A stretch of 64,000 bases of DNA. It comes from Pavona decussata. Its lineage: Eukaryota. Both the position numbers and the translations under genes were made by a program. Below the pieces are notes generated by a model, which saw nothing but the letters and a program-made list of their open reading frames with translations, had not been told where the DNA came from and did no database searches. Of this stretch, positions 23,901 through 36,695 are shown piece by piece (within the stretch, counting starts at the first letter, position 1; each line of letters begins with the position of its first letter). Location: positions 434,001 to 498,000 of the forward strand of contig CDRNST010000219.1 of NCBI GenBank assembly GCA_977016875.1. The letters are read 5' to 3'.

Positions 23901-25458
23901 TGTGTCTTATATAAAGGAATAGGAAACACACCCAAAACGGGACCAGGTGTGAATTGGTATTTGGGTTTTACTCTTTCAAAACGTTAGTCGGATGATTGGA
24001 AATGAGACATTTTATCGGGATGGGCTAAGGTGCTCTTTAACAGAAACGAGCAGCGAAGTCAATTTTTCTTACATATCAAATGCAAGTCAATATGAAACAC
24101 TATAACCTCAAGAACAAATTTTCGCCCCTTAATTCATTTGGATTGGTTTAGCGGCCAAGGTACATGAGCCATTCTACTATGCCCTGCAAATAAGGTAAAA
24201 GTGCGCGTCGAGAGAAAAGATAATTTCAGTAAATCAGCAAGATTTAGCGAGTTTTCCTGGTAATTTTTAAAAAAACAATTCAGATTCCACTCGTGCTTGT
24301 TGGATACGAGGTGACTCTATCTATCATCTTGCATACAACGCGTGCTCGTGGAATAACTGTTAAAATTTTGGACCCTGTACAATGTTCAGAAAGATAGTGA
24401 GGGCATGTATTGAAATGTTTGTAGCAAAGCTCTATCAAAATTCGAGTCGTGAGCGGAATTAATGATTGTAGTAGACGGCTTTGGCGCCATCTTTGATTAT
24501 GACGTGATGTGGCAGTCTTCAAGTCGTAAGTGTTATCCGGTAAGACGAGACAGTGCCAGTATTAAATTTATATGTCACAGAGTGGGAAAACTTTTACGAT
24601 TATGAGGCATCAAAACCACTCGCTTTTAAGAATTAATAATTTATGTAATATCCAGTCACGTATTGCTAAGTGGGAAGGCGTGTAAAAAAAGCGAGCTTTA
24701 ATGGAATTTTCAATTTCACAAGCTCATTCATTATATTAGTTGTAAGTAAAATGAATTTTACTTTAATTTTACTTGTGAGCTTTAATTACTCGGCGGAAAC
24801 AACGTCCAAAAATTGTCATCAACTGTCAGGTTTATTTTTCATTTGTTTAATTTTAGTAGGTTATTTGAGGGAAAATGTTGTCATGCGAGTCGAATTTCTT
24901 GAAAATAAAACTTGTTTTTTATGACGAGCTGAAATGAAAAACGTTATTGATTACAGATATTTGGATACTCGTAAAGTGTTTTTCAAGAGGCTTAAAAGGA
25001 AATGTAGTTAGAACTTTCCGCGAGACAAAAATTTTGAAATATCGATGAGAAATAGAAAGAAACTGAATACCATTTTCAGCTAACACAATGAGCACATTAA
25101 AAGTTGTGTGTGATTTTCTTATGATAATTACAGAGGTTCGAGAAACCAAAGCATCAAGCCAAAAAACAAGCTATTATTTTAACCACTCAACCAATTTTTA
25201 AATGCAGATTAATGGAAATTAAAGTCGAACCTCTCGACAGTTTTATTGTATTTCTTAAGTATCTGCGTCTCAACCGTATCTCCTTCTTACGTCATCACGT
25301 GTCGCAACAGTTTGGCGTCACGGGCTTTCCGCTTAAAACTTGGATTTATCCAAGATAAACTCAATTGATTCACAAAACTTTCATTCTTGGTTGTTTTAAA
25401 GGCGCTGCTCTTGGTAGAAAAGATACTCACCGCGGAAACCAGCGTATTTAAAGTACGG

Positions 25459-25720
25459 ATGAACAAAATGGTCGACGTGGAAGTCGGGGCACGACGCGGT
25501 AAAACGTACGAATGGATGCTAACCAAGTCGGCTCTGTTACAAGCTAAAACCGTGCAGTGGGCCGCAACCAAGATAAATCTGAATATTTTCTCCTTAAGAG
25601 ATGCTGCAGTGGAGGCGAGCACTGTGACAGACGTGAAGCTATTTGGTAAAAATCACTGGTTTCTTCGAATTCAAGAGGACGGCGATGTGAGTGGAACGCG
25701 AGAGCAAAGGAGCGACGAAG
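25459..25720 (+). CDS. FGF-B first coding exon (start uncertain)
   Basis: ...TDVKLFGKNHWFLRIQEDGDVSGTREQRSDE G|GTGAG, phase 1. First in-frame ATG is 25459; a possible acceptor lies at 25401. Confidence 0.8.
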
Positions 25721-26879
25721 GTGAGCCGCAATAAAGTTAATGGATGTTTCTTCTCAGGGTGAAAAAAGATACAACTTTTACATACAAGTTAAATCCAAAA
25801 AATTATCAGTATTAATAATAATTCTCAATATGGATTGCCGACATATTCACCAGGCAGGCGATGATTACCTGTAATAAGAAGAAAAGTAAGCCTAAGAAAT
25901 TTAATTTAACTCCACTCAACTTCAATGAAAAATTATTATTAATAAATTGAACTCTACGGGGCAAAACCTGCTCGATGAATCATTACAAAATGAAAATTTC
26001 TTATGCTATTGTATGAAAGGTAGGGCCTGCAAGAAAATGAAAACTTTTCAAAGATAAAAGTTTCATAGATCAAATGTAGGCAGTGATTTTGAGGAATAAA
26101 ACTATTTTAAATACAGCATGCATGGAACAACTCTTTCGATTACTTCATACAAAAACAAAATTTCTTATAATAAATCACTCGCTTCCGTTGCATTTGAACA
26201 TTAAAGTATTCGTTTAGCCAGCTCCTGCGTTTAGCTAACTTATGAGCGCAGGCATTGAAAAGAAATCAAATTTTCGGCGGAGGTCACGTATTGCATAAAT
26301 GTTACGTGCGGTCAAGAGCGGATCTTACTTGCACACGAGACAATATTTTGTTTCTAAATGTAACGATAAAAGAAATTATTTTCATTTGTTTTAAGTAACA
26401 AAAAAACAACAACAATGACAACGAAATGATGATGCATCGGCAAATAATTTTTTTTAAAACTTTAGCGATAAACATGTCAACAATTTAACCCTACTTATTA
26501 TTTAAAAGGCAAGCGTCAGGTTTTGATAAAGATTCCGAAACGACGAGTTAATGGTAGTCAAACGGGACGTTTGGACGAAACAAAAGTGTTTTGAGTTTGG
26601 AGACGATATTGCCTACTCAACTAGTGTGGTCACATCCCAGGCAATATTGATCGTTACTGAAAAATACGCTAGATTAACAATCTTGAACGAACTTTATTGA
26701 ACACGTTTCGTCATGATTGGCGTTGGTGCACTGAAAGCCGGTTACTAACAAATCAAACTACATTTTTCCCCAAATATCAAACTTTTGACACCGTGTGGGA
26801 TTGAAGGAAGGAGTAAACAGCGTTCGCATTTTCTGTATGAACTGCAAAAAAACCGCTAATAGCCTTCACTCAAAGGATT

Positions 26880-27345
26880 GTGGTGTTGTTTTAAATGCTG
26901 CACGTTGCACAAGGTGGTTCTTCGCTTTTGAGGCTGTGGATGTGTCCTTAAGTCTGAACATACATACTTGAAACTGTTGAAAAATATTACTTTCGTGTGA
27001 AACTGTTTGTTATGTTGTACAAGGCGATTCTAATAGCTGAGAACGTGGATTTGATTTCAAAGTCTGACTATTCAAATGCGACAATTCAAGCGAATATTAC
27101 AATCAAAATTAGACCCCATTACTCAATTCGCCCTGTGGCATTTTTAATCACCATATGCCGATGGTTCTAACTGAGCTGAACGTGCAATTGTCTATCGAGC
27201 CTAAAGCGTGACCATTCAAATGAGATTTAATGACCTGTACTTTCTTGTTGTACTGTTAATTACTCTCTATCGATGGTTCTGGCTAATCCGAAAGCCTAAC
27301 CCGATTCAAATGAATGCTATTGAGCAGAACTTTCCTGTGATGCCG
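26880..27345. repeat. Degenerate ~100-bp tandem repeat family; related copies inverted at ~35055-35550 and ~37180-37410
   Basis: Recurring ACCATTCAAATGA / TTTGAATGGTCACACTTTAGGATTTC units. Confidence 0.6.
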
Positions 27346-30232
27346 TTTGGCTTTGAAAGCAGTGCAACAGTAATATTTGGGTTGCGGTATTTTCAAGTTT
27401 TCACGCCAGACGCATACACTCCCACAACAATTTCCTGAGAGTATATCCGGTAGCTAGCCACTTCCTCTGTATATAGGAGTGAACTGAGGGAATTTTCCTT
27501 ACATCTATCAAACTGGACGGGAAGGAGTAAATGCATGACTAAAATAAGCAAGGCTGTCTCTTCCATCAAAATAATCGCGGAAAATTGACACAAATGGGAC
27601 AAACTCTACGCGGAAACGGAACTGTTACATCAGGCGCTCAACTTGGCCAGTTCGTTCAACGTTTGGAAATTTTCTGCTCGGGCGAGGCAGGAAAACACTG
27701 GCTTAAAATTGTCCCTCGTTTAATTTTCCTCTCGGCGAGCTAGAAACAGATCACGAGCGCGCGCCTGAGGTCGGCAACCTCGAGGCGAGGCGACAGGACA
27801 AGAAATTGGTAAGGTAGCCTGGAACCGAATTCAGCATCAAACGGCTGTTGTCTTTATGGCATAGTTAGCTCAGTTAATAATGCTTTAATAATAACTCTTT
27901 AACATAGTACAGATTAGGGATTACAATGGGATGCCGAAGGCTGGGGGTTATATGGCACAGGTGGTCAAGAGAAGAAAAATAAAACACGAAATAGAAAATG
28001 ACATTTACTTTCACTACGGCCTTTGTCTTATAATCATAGCATAACAGCGAAGGTTCATATAACGAAAATCGGCAATAGCTAACAATGTCATTCTAATTCC
28101 CTTTGTTGGAATGACTTCGCAACGACAAGTGCTTGAAGCAGTCACTGTAGATTACTTTGGTGTTGTGGCGAGAATACTGAGTTTGACTTGTTAATTTAAG
28201 TCATCTGCTGATAATTCGCAATCTGGCTAAGGTTCTAAGTTATGCAAACACTTACGAGGTTTTTACGCGGCAAGTGCATTCAACTTGATGAAACAAAACT
28301 CAAAAACATTATGCAATACTTGTATCTCTGGTTTACTGTGAGATCCTAGATAGTATTTCCATCGGCACTGCAGTCTCCAAAAAATAGTCTGGACGGTTTA
28401 TATTCTTATCCGGCTCCTAAACAGGCAGTTCAGCTGAATGAAAAGGAAATAAGCTTTGGGGAGAGCACGGTCTCCTTTCGTCGCCATGAAGTGTTTCCAG
28501 TGTATTTCGTTCGTTCTTCGTTTCCTCCTTTGTATTGTCTGCAGGGAAAGCTGATTCTTATGAGATTTTTATGGCGTTCTTTTTTGTATCAAATATGTGG
28601 TAAAACGTCTTGCATTATAGCGGAAAATACAATCAGTCGCGACTACCAATATTGCTTGAATGACATGGAACATTACTTACATGATGAATGCTCCCTCATT
28701 AAACACCTGTATAATAGGGCATATTTTATCACCATTTTTTGTGAAATTTCTATTATAACCCTATTTATATCTCAGACAACCCCAGTCTTGCTTTACTGTG
28801 GGCATCTCGTGTTTAGTTGAGTTTGTTTTATCTTTCATGTCTCGCCACACATCACAACTATAGCTTTGATTGATGATTCTATTTCTCTGCTTCTGACAAG
28901 ATTGCCCTTAGCTTAAAGGAGAAATAAAAAGATATTTTCTTTTCTCAGATCACTGGAAACTTTAATGCGTTTGTAATGCGGGCGAATTGACCGCATCAAA
29001 CCTTTCACCTCAGTGCCAGCTTTGGCACTGCACTGGAAGCTGTAGTGCTCTATCCGTTCCGTGTCAATTCAGTTCCCATAGTTTGTCCTAGCCGGAAAAT
29101 TCTTCTTCATTTCAACTAGGCTACACAAAGGAAGAACACGAGAGCGTTCAGTTATCATAACATCCCGATGAAAGGCCTCCACTTTCTGGTTAATTCAATG
29201 ACATTTTATTTTTCTATACTGTACTGACCATGCTTTTGTTTTCCATGGTAATGCTTCACAACGCCGAAACCCTCCGGCAACGAAAGATCTGGAACAATTT
29301 GATTACTGAACGAAAAGGAACGCAACATAGACTGATGACCTGCCAATTGGCAAATGATCTTTGGACGGTTCAATCAACGCAAATGGACGCGTTTTATTTT
29401 CTGCTGACGCTAATGCCACAAAACGGGCATAAACTGAAACGCACGAGTCTAAGGCGGACCATTCCGAGGCCATATGTGCAATATTCATAGTCTTTTATCT
29501 TAGGAGTCACATTCGTATCAAGTGTTAGGAAAGTTCTACTCCCTTCTACTGTCACTTTTTTGCGTTAATGTGGTATGCCCTATTGCAATTTGTAACGATA
29601 AACATCGTTTGCGAACTCATTAAACTAAAAGTAACTGAAACTACAGCAGCCGCCGCGAGTGTGTCGGCCGACTTCAAGTTGGTACGACCTTGAATGATCC
29701 GCACTCTTTGAACAAGACCATCTCTTCAAGATTTATAAGCTCTGTACTGATTCAAGGGATGCCATGAAAATATCTTCTCCCTCTTTGCGATTCCTCTTTT
29801 TTCATGGACGCTTACACTCAAAATGCTACACGAAAATGTTTAATTTCAGTTGCAAACTAATCCATTGAATTGAGGTGAAAGCGTCATGATCACCTCTCGC
29901 CAGATCGGTCAAGTATTGCTTAGCTAACCAAAACCTAGAACAACATTCAGTATAAAATAGCTTAAGAGAAAGGTGAAGGAAGCTTAAGCTGCTTCTCAAA
30001 TAACTGCTTGAATTAAATATAGGGATAGTGCAACTTTGCTGATTAATATAACTGCGGTGAAAGTTCTTTGTAGTTCATTATTGTATTGGAAGTTTGAAGT
30101 GGCAACTTCCATAGCATTTCAGTAATACTCGGGCTCTCTCCTGCAAATTCATTTTGCCTAGTCAGTTAGTGTATGAATCCAGACATTTATTTTGTAATTA
30201 TTGTCACTGATTCATGTTGAATTTCTTTACAG

Positions 30233-30336
30233 TGACCCTGCAGTTAGAATCAATCGGCAAAGGATTGGTTCACATTTACAGCCCTGAAGTCAACCGATAT
30301 ATTGCAATGGACAGCAATGGAAGACTGTTTTCAACG
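30233..30336 (+). CDS. FGF-B middle exon (104 nt)
   Basis: VTLQLESIGKGLVHIYSPEVNRYIAMDSNGRLFST; TTTACAG acceptor, GTAAA donor. Confidence 0.93.
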
Positions 30337-31559
30337 GTAAACATATCAATTCGTTTTTGTACTTTTAATGTTAATCATGGGGCGACTTAGCTAGCTACGT
30401 GTTTTAATCCGTTGCAATCCTGAGATAGGGTTATTTTAAAGAGAAAGGAAGTCGTAGGGTCCGGTTTTTTGCTAACAAAACATTAACAAACAGCTGACGA
30501 TCGTATATTGTATTGATCGTTCGCTATTTTCAGTTTATCATAGAATTTTCTGACAGGTAAATAATCAATAATAATAAACCTTATTTTTGTGTCAATTGCA
30601 AGTGAAACTTTAGCTATGGCAAAGAAACATCTTCGATCTGAGTAGGTGGAGAGTCAAGCAGCTTAGTGCCACTAAGCAAGCAAGCATTTCAGTGCAGTGT
30701 TTAATTGCCCTCTGCACATTGAGCGCTGTAGTGCCTTAATTTAAAAAGCGTATTTAACTAATTCTTTGATTGGCATTGCTGTGAAATATCCCGACGTCTG
30801 CAGCGAACACACAGTCCAAACTGACTTGAAAATCGCAAGAAATCACCAATAGTATGCACAGAGGTCGACAGATAGTCGACCAAAATCAGTCGATGTCTTT
30901 AGCAGATGTTTCTGTCTATTCAGGAACAACAAGGGCGAAGAATCCAGAATGCTTGATGGCTATACCGCAAGGAATCCGAAAATTCCAAGTCATAAAAAGC
31001 TTCTGATTTGTCGTGATCAGTTAATTTGAAGAGAAAGGTTTAATGATTTGGAACTGCAGGCTTAAAATCAGGAAGAAAACTCGAGACAAAGATTAACAGG
31101 AGAACGAGGAACCTGTTCTGTGCAACCGAACGAAGAGATTCTAAGGTGGTTAATTTTTCTCAAGGCTAAATTATAGCTAATCAAGGATAATACGAAATCA
31201 GTAAAAAGCTAGTTTTCTTGTTTAGATGTAAGTAGACCTACAGCCTGTACTATATACACTAGCAGTTGTGTCGTGTCTGTCAGCAAACGACACGTCGTGT
31301 GCGTTGTGTAGATCTGATGAAGCTGTGCTAAAACGGAATACATGACTCCGATAGCTTTTTTCTTTAAACCATTTGGGTTTCGCTTACTTAAGTGATATCT
31401 TGATGTAGGCTGAATATTAGAGAGGAATAAACTTTTCGACGTCAAAAATAGTTCGCAGCTCAAGAAACTTGTTACAACTACTTCAAACGCGACATGAAGT
31501 TTGAAGTTTATTTGCCTTTCATTCAAATATATTTACAATTTATTGAGTGGTTAATGTAT

Positions 31560-31845
31560 GGCGAGGTGACCTCTAGAAACCACCAGGCTTATAGTTGAGG
31601 CCACCTCGTACCTAAAAAATATATGCTTATATAGTTTGTGCAACAAGTGTGCGGCTTTGCCAATTCATTGTGATTATTTTATTAAAAACTCTAGCAGTTT
31701 ATACTTAAAGTTTGGAAAACTTGTCAGAGAAGTGATTGTAACAGGAAGGGAATTCCAGATCTTTGGGCCTTGGTAAAGAATTGTGAATTTTTTCAGATTA
31801 GTTCGGCAATGATGCACGCGATAGTTGTTGGCAGTTCTGGTGCAT
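31560..31845 (-). mobile_element. LINE 3'-end fragment in FGF-B intron 2
   Basis: Translation RTANNYRVHHCRTNLKKFTILYQGPKIWNSLPVTI, a typical L2-group ORF2 C-terminus. Confidence 0.7.
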
Positions 31846-33244
31846 CCGTTTAGATTGCATCAGTTATAACTCTGTCCTGGAAAATGTCTCAATCCTTTAG
31901 GCATTAATACTCAGGACCTAACAATACCATTTATGTGAAATACGCTTAAAATCGTGTTCTTGGTGTTCTCAGATTGTTAAGGCCTTAATTCCCAAAGGCA
32001 TATTTTTTAGGGTAACACAGTCTGATCTCATGGTCTTCGGATTCTTTAGCTCAAAATTCATGTCACAGAAAGTTTTACGGAAAAAAAATCTTATATTCTT
32101 CGAATTTCAGTAATTTCCTGACTGGTTAACAAAAATGTTAGCTGGCCTAATGTCCCATTTTGAACGGCATTTGCAAAATGAATTGGTTTATCACTGAGTG
32201 TTTGGAAATTTTGAAATGACGTTTGGCTGAAGGAAACTCAAGGTTACATCACAATACAATACGAATTTCTGAGGCAGTAAAGTCTTCCTGACAGATTTTA
32301 TAAAACGAATCCTAGACTGTCCCTGAATGCTGAGAGAAAGTGAAACATTAACAACGTAACGCTGTTACTGCTGCTGCTTAAACAGCTTAAAGCATTTTAG
32401 AATTAGAAGGAATGTACCAAATGTCAGAGTTGATACATCATAGTGTAGCTAAATTGTCCATGATTTTTGCATGGGCAAAGTGGTTTGAAATATGTTCTCT
32501 GTATGAGACGTTTTTAATGTGGTTGTTTGAGATAGACAATGTGAAATAAAGTTTCTTGTTTAAGCGAATAACAGGAAACAAAAAGAACACGGAGCTTTGA
32601 AGAGCGTAAACTACAAAACCTCCGGTGGATTAAAAGGAGCTAAGCACTCCATCGTTACGCCTCTCCTATTAAAGCATTCAATGGAAACATGACAGATTTT
32701 CCTTAGTTGCATTGTTAGCTATATATTTAGAGTTTTAAATATTCCAACATTATATTTTAACTTAATATTTTAATTGCACATTTTTCTGGCAGTTCTTTTT
32801 TTGTTTTACCAAAACAAAAATTATTAGCAAGCGTTGTTAGGCCGTTCCGTTCATTACATAACAGGTATTGCCGACCGGCGAAGGAAAGCAGATATTGATA
32901 TTGATGATTCTCTCACTGAACCATGTTCGTTCTTATTTCTGTTGCCCGGAATAGCACGCAATATTTGTCCACAGATAATTAAAAAAGATAATGTAAGCTG
33001 GGTTTGTTTTGAAACTAATAAGCAGACACTAAACTATTTGCCAATATCAGTATAATGACTGGTGCTTAATCATCTGCCATATAAAGAGAATAGTTCCATC
33101 ACTAATTTAAAACCGCAATGAGACAACCGTATATATTAGTTGTTACTGTAAAAATAAATCGGAGCGGTAACTAGCTAGCTTTCACAACAAACGGTTCAAA
33201 GACACCGATGATCGTAAATAATGTCTTATGTGAAGAAGCTTTAA

Positions 33245-33859
33245 AGTGCCCCTAACCCTTCAATTTGTTTTCTTTTGGTTGATTACCATATCTTTCAAGA
33301 ACTCATTTTCGAAAAAAATTTTGAGAAATATTGAATTCTTTTTTTTTTACGAGCGCTAGAAGTGAAGGCAGTCTTGTCGATATTTTCACCTATCGTTCGC
33401 ATTAGTCCCCCACTCGGCCAAATGTGGAGCGTGACGTAAGAAAAGGACATCGTGCAAAAATATCCGAAGATTCGCGGTAATGCTTCAATTGTAAACAGAG
33501 AAAATGGTTGGAAAATGTGTGGTTTTTGGATGCAGCAACTCTCGAAATGTAGAGAAAGGAATCAGCATGCATAAGATTCCTTCTGAATCCTTCTGAATCC
33601 TTCTGGTGTCCTTTTCTTACGTCACAGCTAAGAAAGTGTCAAATATCGGACGCTTCTCATTGGCTCGTTCCTAATGAGCCCACGAGAGAAAAATTTGTCC
33701 AGCGGGGCTTAAAGGGCGCACAAATTTAAAAATTTCAGTAACTTTTAGCGCTCGTAAAATAAAAAGGATTCAATATTTCTCAAAAATTTTTTCGAAAATG
33801 AGTTCTTGAAAGATATGAAAATCTACCACGAGAAAACAAATTGAAGGGTTAGGGGCACT
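33245..33859. mobile_element. Kolobok-like non-autonomous DNA transposon
   Basis: TTAA TSD; long TIRs starting AGTGCCCCTAACCCTTCAATTTGTTTTCT and continuing >100 bp. Confidence 0.85.
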
Positions 33860-34320
33860 TTAAGTTACCTCTTAAATTTGAAAACAAGGTTCTTTACAAA
33901 ACGAAATGAAATGAATCTACACCATAGCACAATACATGCACAATAAAGTGGAACAGGAGCTAAAAGAGAAGTTTGGCGAATGGAGAAAATGTGCAATTAA
34001 GTAAGAAAATTCTTTGCACCTATTACAAAACTATTTAAAGCAACCTGGAGCTATAGTTATCTCCCAAATGTCCATCAATATGAACACACGCGCGAACACA
34101 CGCGTGTATATTACACGCATGGCATTGAATTTTTAGCCTAATCAAAAATGGAGCAAAACGATTTTTCAAATCCTTTTTGCAAGCTCAACTATTTAGTTAA
34201 TTTTTCACAAAGCCCTTGAGAACACAAGTCACAATGGCGCCTGATATTGTTACTGTTGCGGTTGAATACACTGTGCATGACTGAGAGCACGTCTTTGGGA
34301 TCAGACAAGATATTTAGGAC

Positions 34321-34324
<4 letters not shown>

Positions 34325-34369
<45 letters not shown>

Positions 34370-34718
34370 GAGATACTCAGGTTTCCTATGGGTGGTTCCC
34401 GCTAATACAGGGATAATTTTGCGCGGTTTAAAACTATACGGAGAAAGCAGAACTTAGCAAGTGCTTTTGTTATCTCAAAAGAAAATTAGGGGTAACCATG
34501 CATTTTTCAGAGATAATTAAGCTTCAATTTAGGAAAAAAATCCCATACATTGCTTTATATTTTGGCGCTTTTTAGAGATATTACTGCTTAATTATCTCTG
34601 AAGAATGCGTGGTTACCCCCAATTTTCTTTTTGGATTCCAAGAGGCCTTGCTAAGATCTGTTTTTCCCGCATAGTTATAAGCCGCACAAAAATACTTCGG
34701 TATTAGTAGGCACCGTCC
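34325..34718. mobile_element. Kolobok-like MITE
   Basis: TTAA TSD; TIRs GGACGGTGCCTACTA / TAGTAGGCACCGTCC. Confidence 0.85.
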
Positions 34719-34789
34719 TTAAGTGACTGAAAATATCCCCGGGTGAGGAGGGGGACGGGAGTAAATGACACCCCTTTTCTCATGCATAA

Positions 34790-34919
34790 NNNNNNNNNNN
34801 NNNNNNNNNNNNNNNNNNNNNNNNNNNNNNNNNNNNNNNNNNNNNNNNNNNNNNNNNNNNNNNNNNNNNNNNNNNNNNNNNNNNNNNNNNNNNNNNNNNN
34901 NNNNNNNNNNNNNNNNNNN
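34790..34919. other. Assembly gap
   Basis: Run of N. Confidence 1.
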
Positions 34920-36074
34920 ACAGAAGAATCTTTTCTCTTCTTCTTGGTCGCAGGCGTAATCTGCAATTTCCGTCAGGAGTTTCTGCTAAGTTTTTGTTGC
35001 TCGTCTTAATTTAATTGTTACCTTTTCGGTTGTCAGTATATCTCTTCCAAAAACAGCACCACAGGAAATGATTGCTGATTGAGATCTTTCGTTTGAATGG
35101 TCAAACTTTAGGATTTCACCCAGAGACTCAAAAGTTACAGCCATCTCGTACACAATAACAAAAAGCCTCCCAGCTCAGTGGCTTTCATTTGAATAGTCAC
35201 ACTTTAGGATTTCATCCACCGTCTTAAAAGTTAGAACCAACTTGTACAGCATAATACCACAGGAAAGCACTGCTTAGAAGCTTTCGTTTGAATGGTCACA
35301 CTTTAGGATTTCTCTGCGCCTGGTTAAAAATCACCTCGTAAGTCAGCTGACCTTAGCTTCCTTGGCTTATTACAACATGCTTGCTGTAAAGACCGTCAGA
35401 AATCGAGAATTAAGTCAAAATATAACGTCAAATTAACCTTATTTTGGAAACAAAAATGAAGAAAACGAACAAGTACTAATAGACATGTTTTGACGAAAAG
35501 CTTTCATTTGAATAATCCAGTTTACTATTAGATTTGATCCAAAGACTTGAAAGTTAGTATAATTTGCTATAACTAGACTATCTTGGTAGTTGCCAATGTC
35601 CAGTGCTTCTCTTTACAGTGAATTTGACGGGTTATACTTTCATGATACCTGCAATTGGCAGGTCACTGGGCAGTTTAATAGTTTTTTCCGATGTTTATCG
35701 TGTCTTATGCTGTGAGGAAGGACTTGGCAATATAAACAATTTCTAAAATATTTCTCTGCCTTTTATGCGCAAAAACTAAAGATATAGATATCGCTAGTCT
35801 GTTGTTAGTACAGAATTGAAAGTCTAGTCATTTGAAACTTTTGATGTAGCTCGTCCGTCGTACATGTTTCAAATTAACCTTGATCAAATCTGACCTTGGA
35901 AGTTGAAAAACAATACTTTGTCAATTCCAATTTGTCTCTGAACCAATAACATTGTAAACAAACCAGGCATTATGCTTTGCAATCCGACCATTTAATTAAA
36001 TAAAGTATAAACGTGAGTCCGAAGAACTTCACCTCAGAAATCTAAGATTTAGATTACAAGGATGCGGGATTTAA

Positions 36075-36340
36075 CAGAGCGATATTTCGTTGTTTATTTC
36101 AACAACATCATCAGTCAATGATCACAAATAGAAAAGGTTACAAAAATATAAATAAACTAGTGATTTGAAATAAGAATTATGTTAGAACAATTGTAGGTCC
36201 CTGGACGCCTTTCGTCCCGGGTTCAGATTGGGCGTACGATGTTTAATCTTTAAGGCCTCTTTAAAAAGTAGTACACTCCAATGGTTTGCTTGAGCAATTA
36301 CAATGGTATTATCTTGTACTGTTTGTATATTGAATGATCC
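36075..36340 (-). mobile_element. Penelope-like 3' fragment: GIY-YIG C-terminus followed by a hammerhead motif
   Basis: ...LLFKEALKIKHRTPNLNPGRKASRDLQLF* (stop at 36182), then CTGATGA-T-GTTGTT..AACAAC-GAAA-TA-TC at 36114-36081. Confidence 0.8.
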
Positions 36341-36506
36341 CTTGTCTAGAGAGTGCGGGGAATCAAGATAGATTTCAAACAAGCTCCTAATAGGAGTTCC
36401 TGATAGGAGCACCCGGATTTCCTTTTTCCGAGTTTGCCTGTGTCACTCACTGAACACATCATTCATATCATTCTCAAGGGTTTACATGTACAGTACTTTC
36501 TTGCAG

Positions 36507-36695
36507 AGAAACAAGACAGACAGTACAATTTTCAAGCACGTGAAGGAGATGAACGGTTTTCACACGTTTTCTTCGCACAAATACTACCGGGACACACCCC
36601 ATGACATGTACATTGCATTGCAGAAGGACGGAATACCAAGGAAGGGAAACAAAACCTGCAGGCTTCATAAAGGATCTCAGTTTTTAGTCTTTTAA
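36507..36695 (+). CDS. FGF-B last coding exon
   Basis: RNKTDSTIFKHVKEMNGFHTFSSHKYYRDTPHDMYIALQKDGIPRKGNKTCRLHKGSQFLVF*; TTTCTTGCAG acceptor. Confidence 0.9.
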   Translation, partial: RNKTDSTIFKHVKEMNGFHTFSSHKYYRDTPHDMYIALQKDGIPRKGNKTCRLHKGSQFLVF

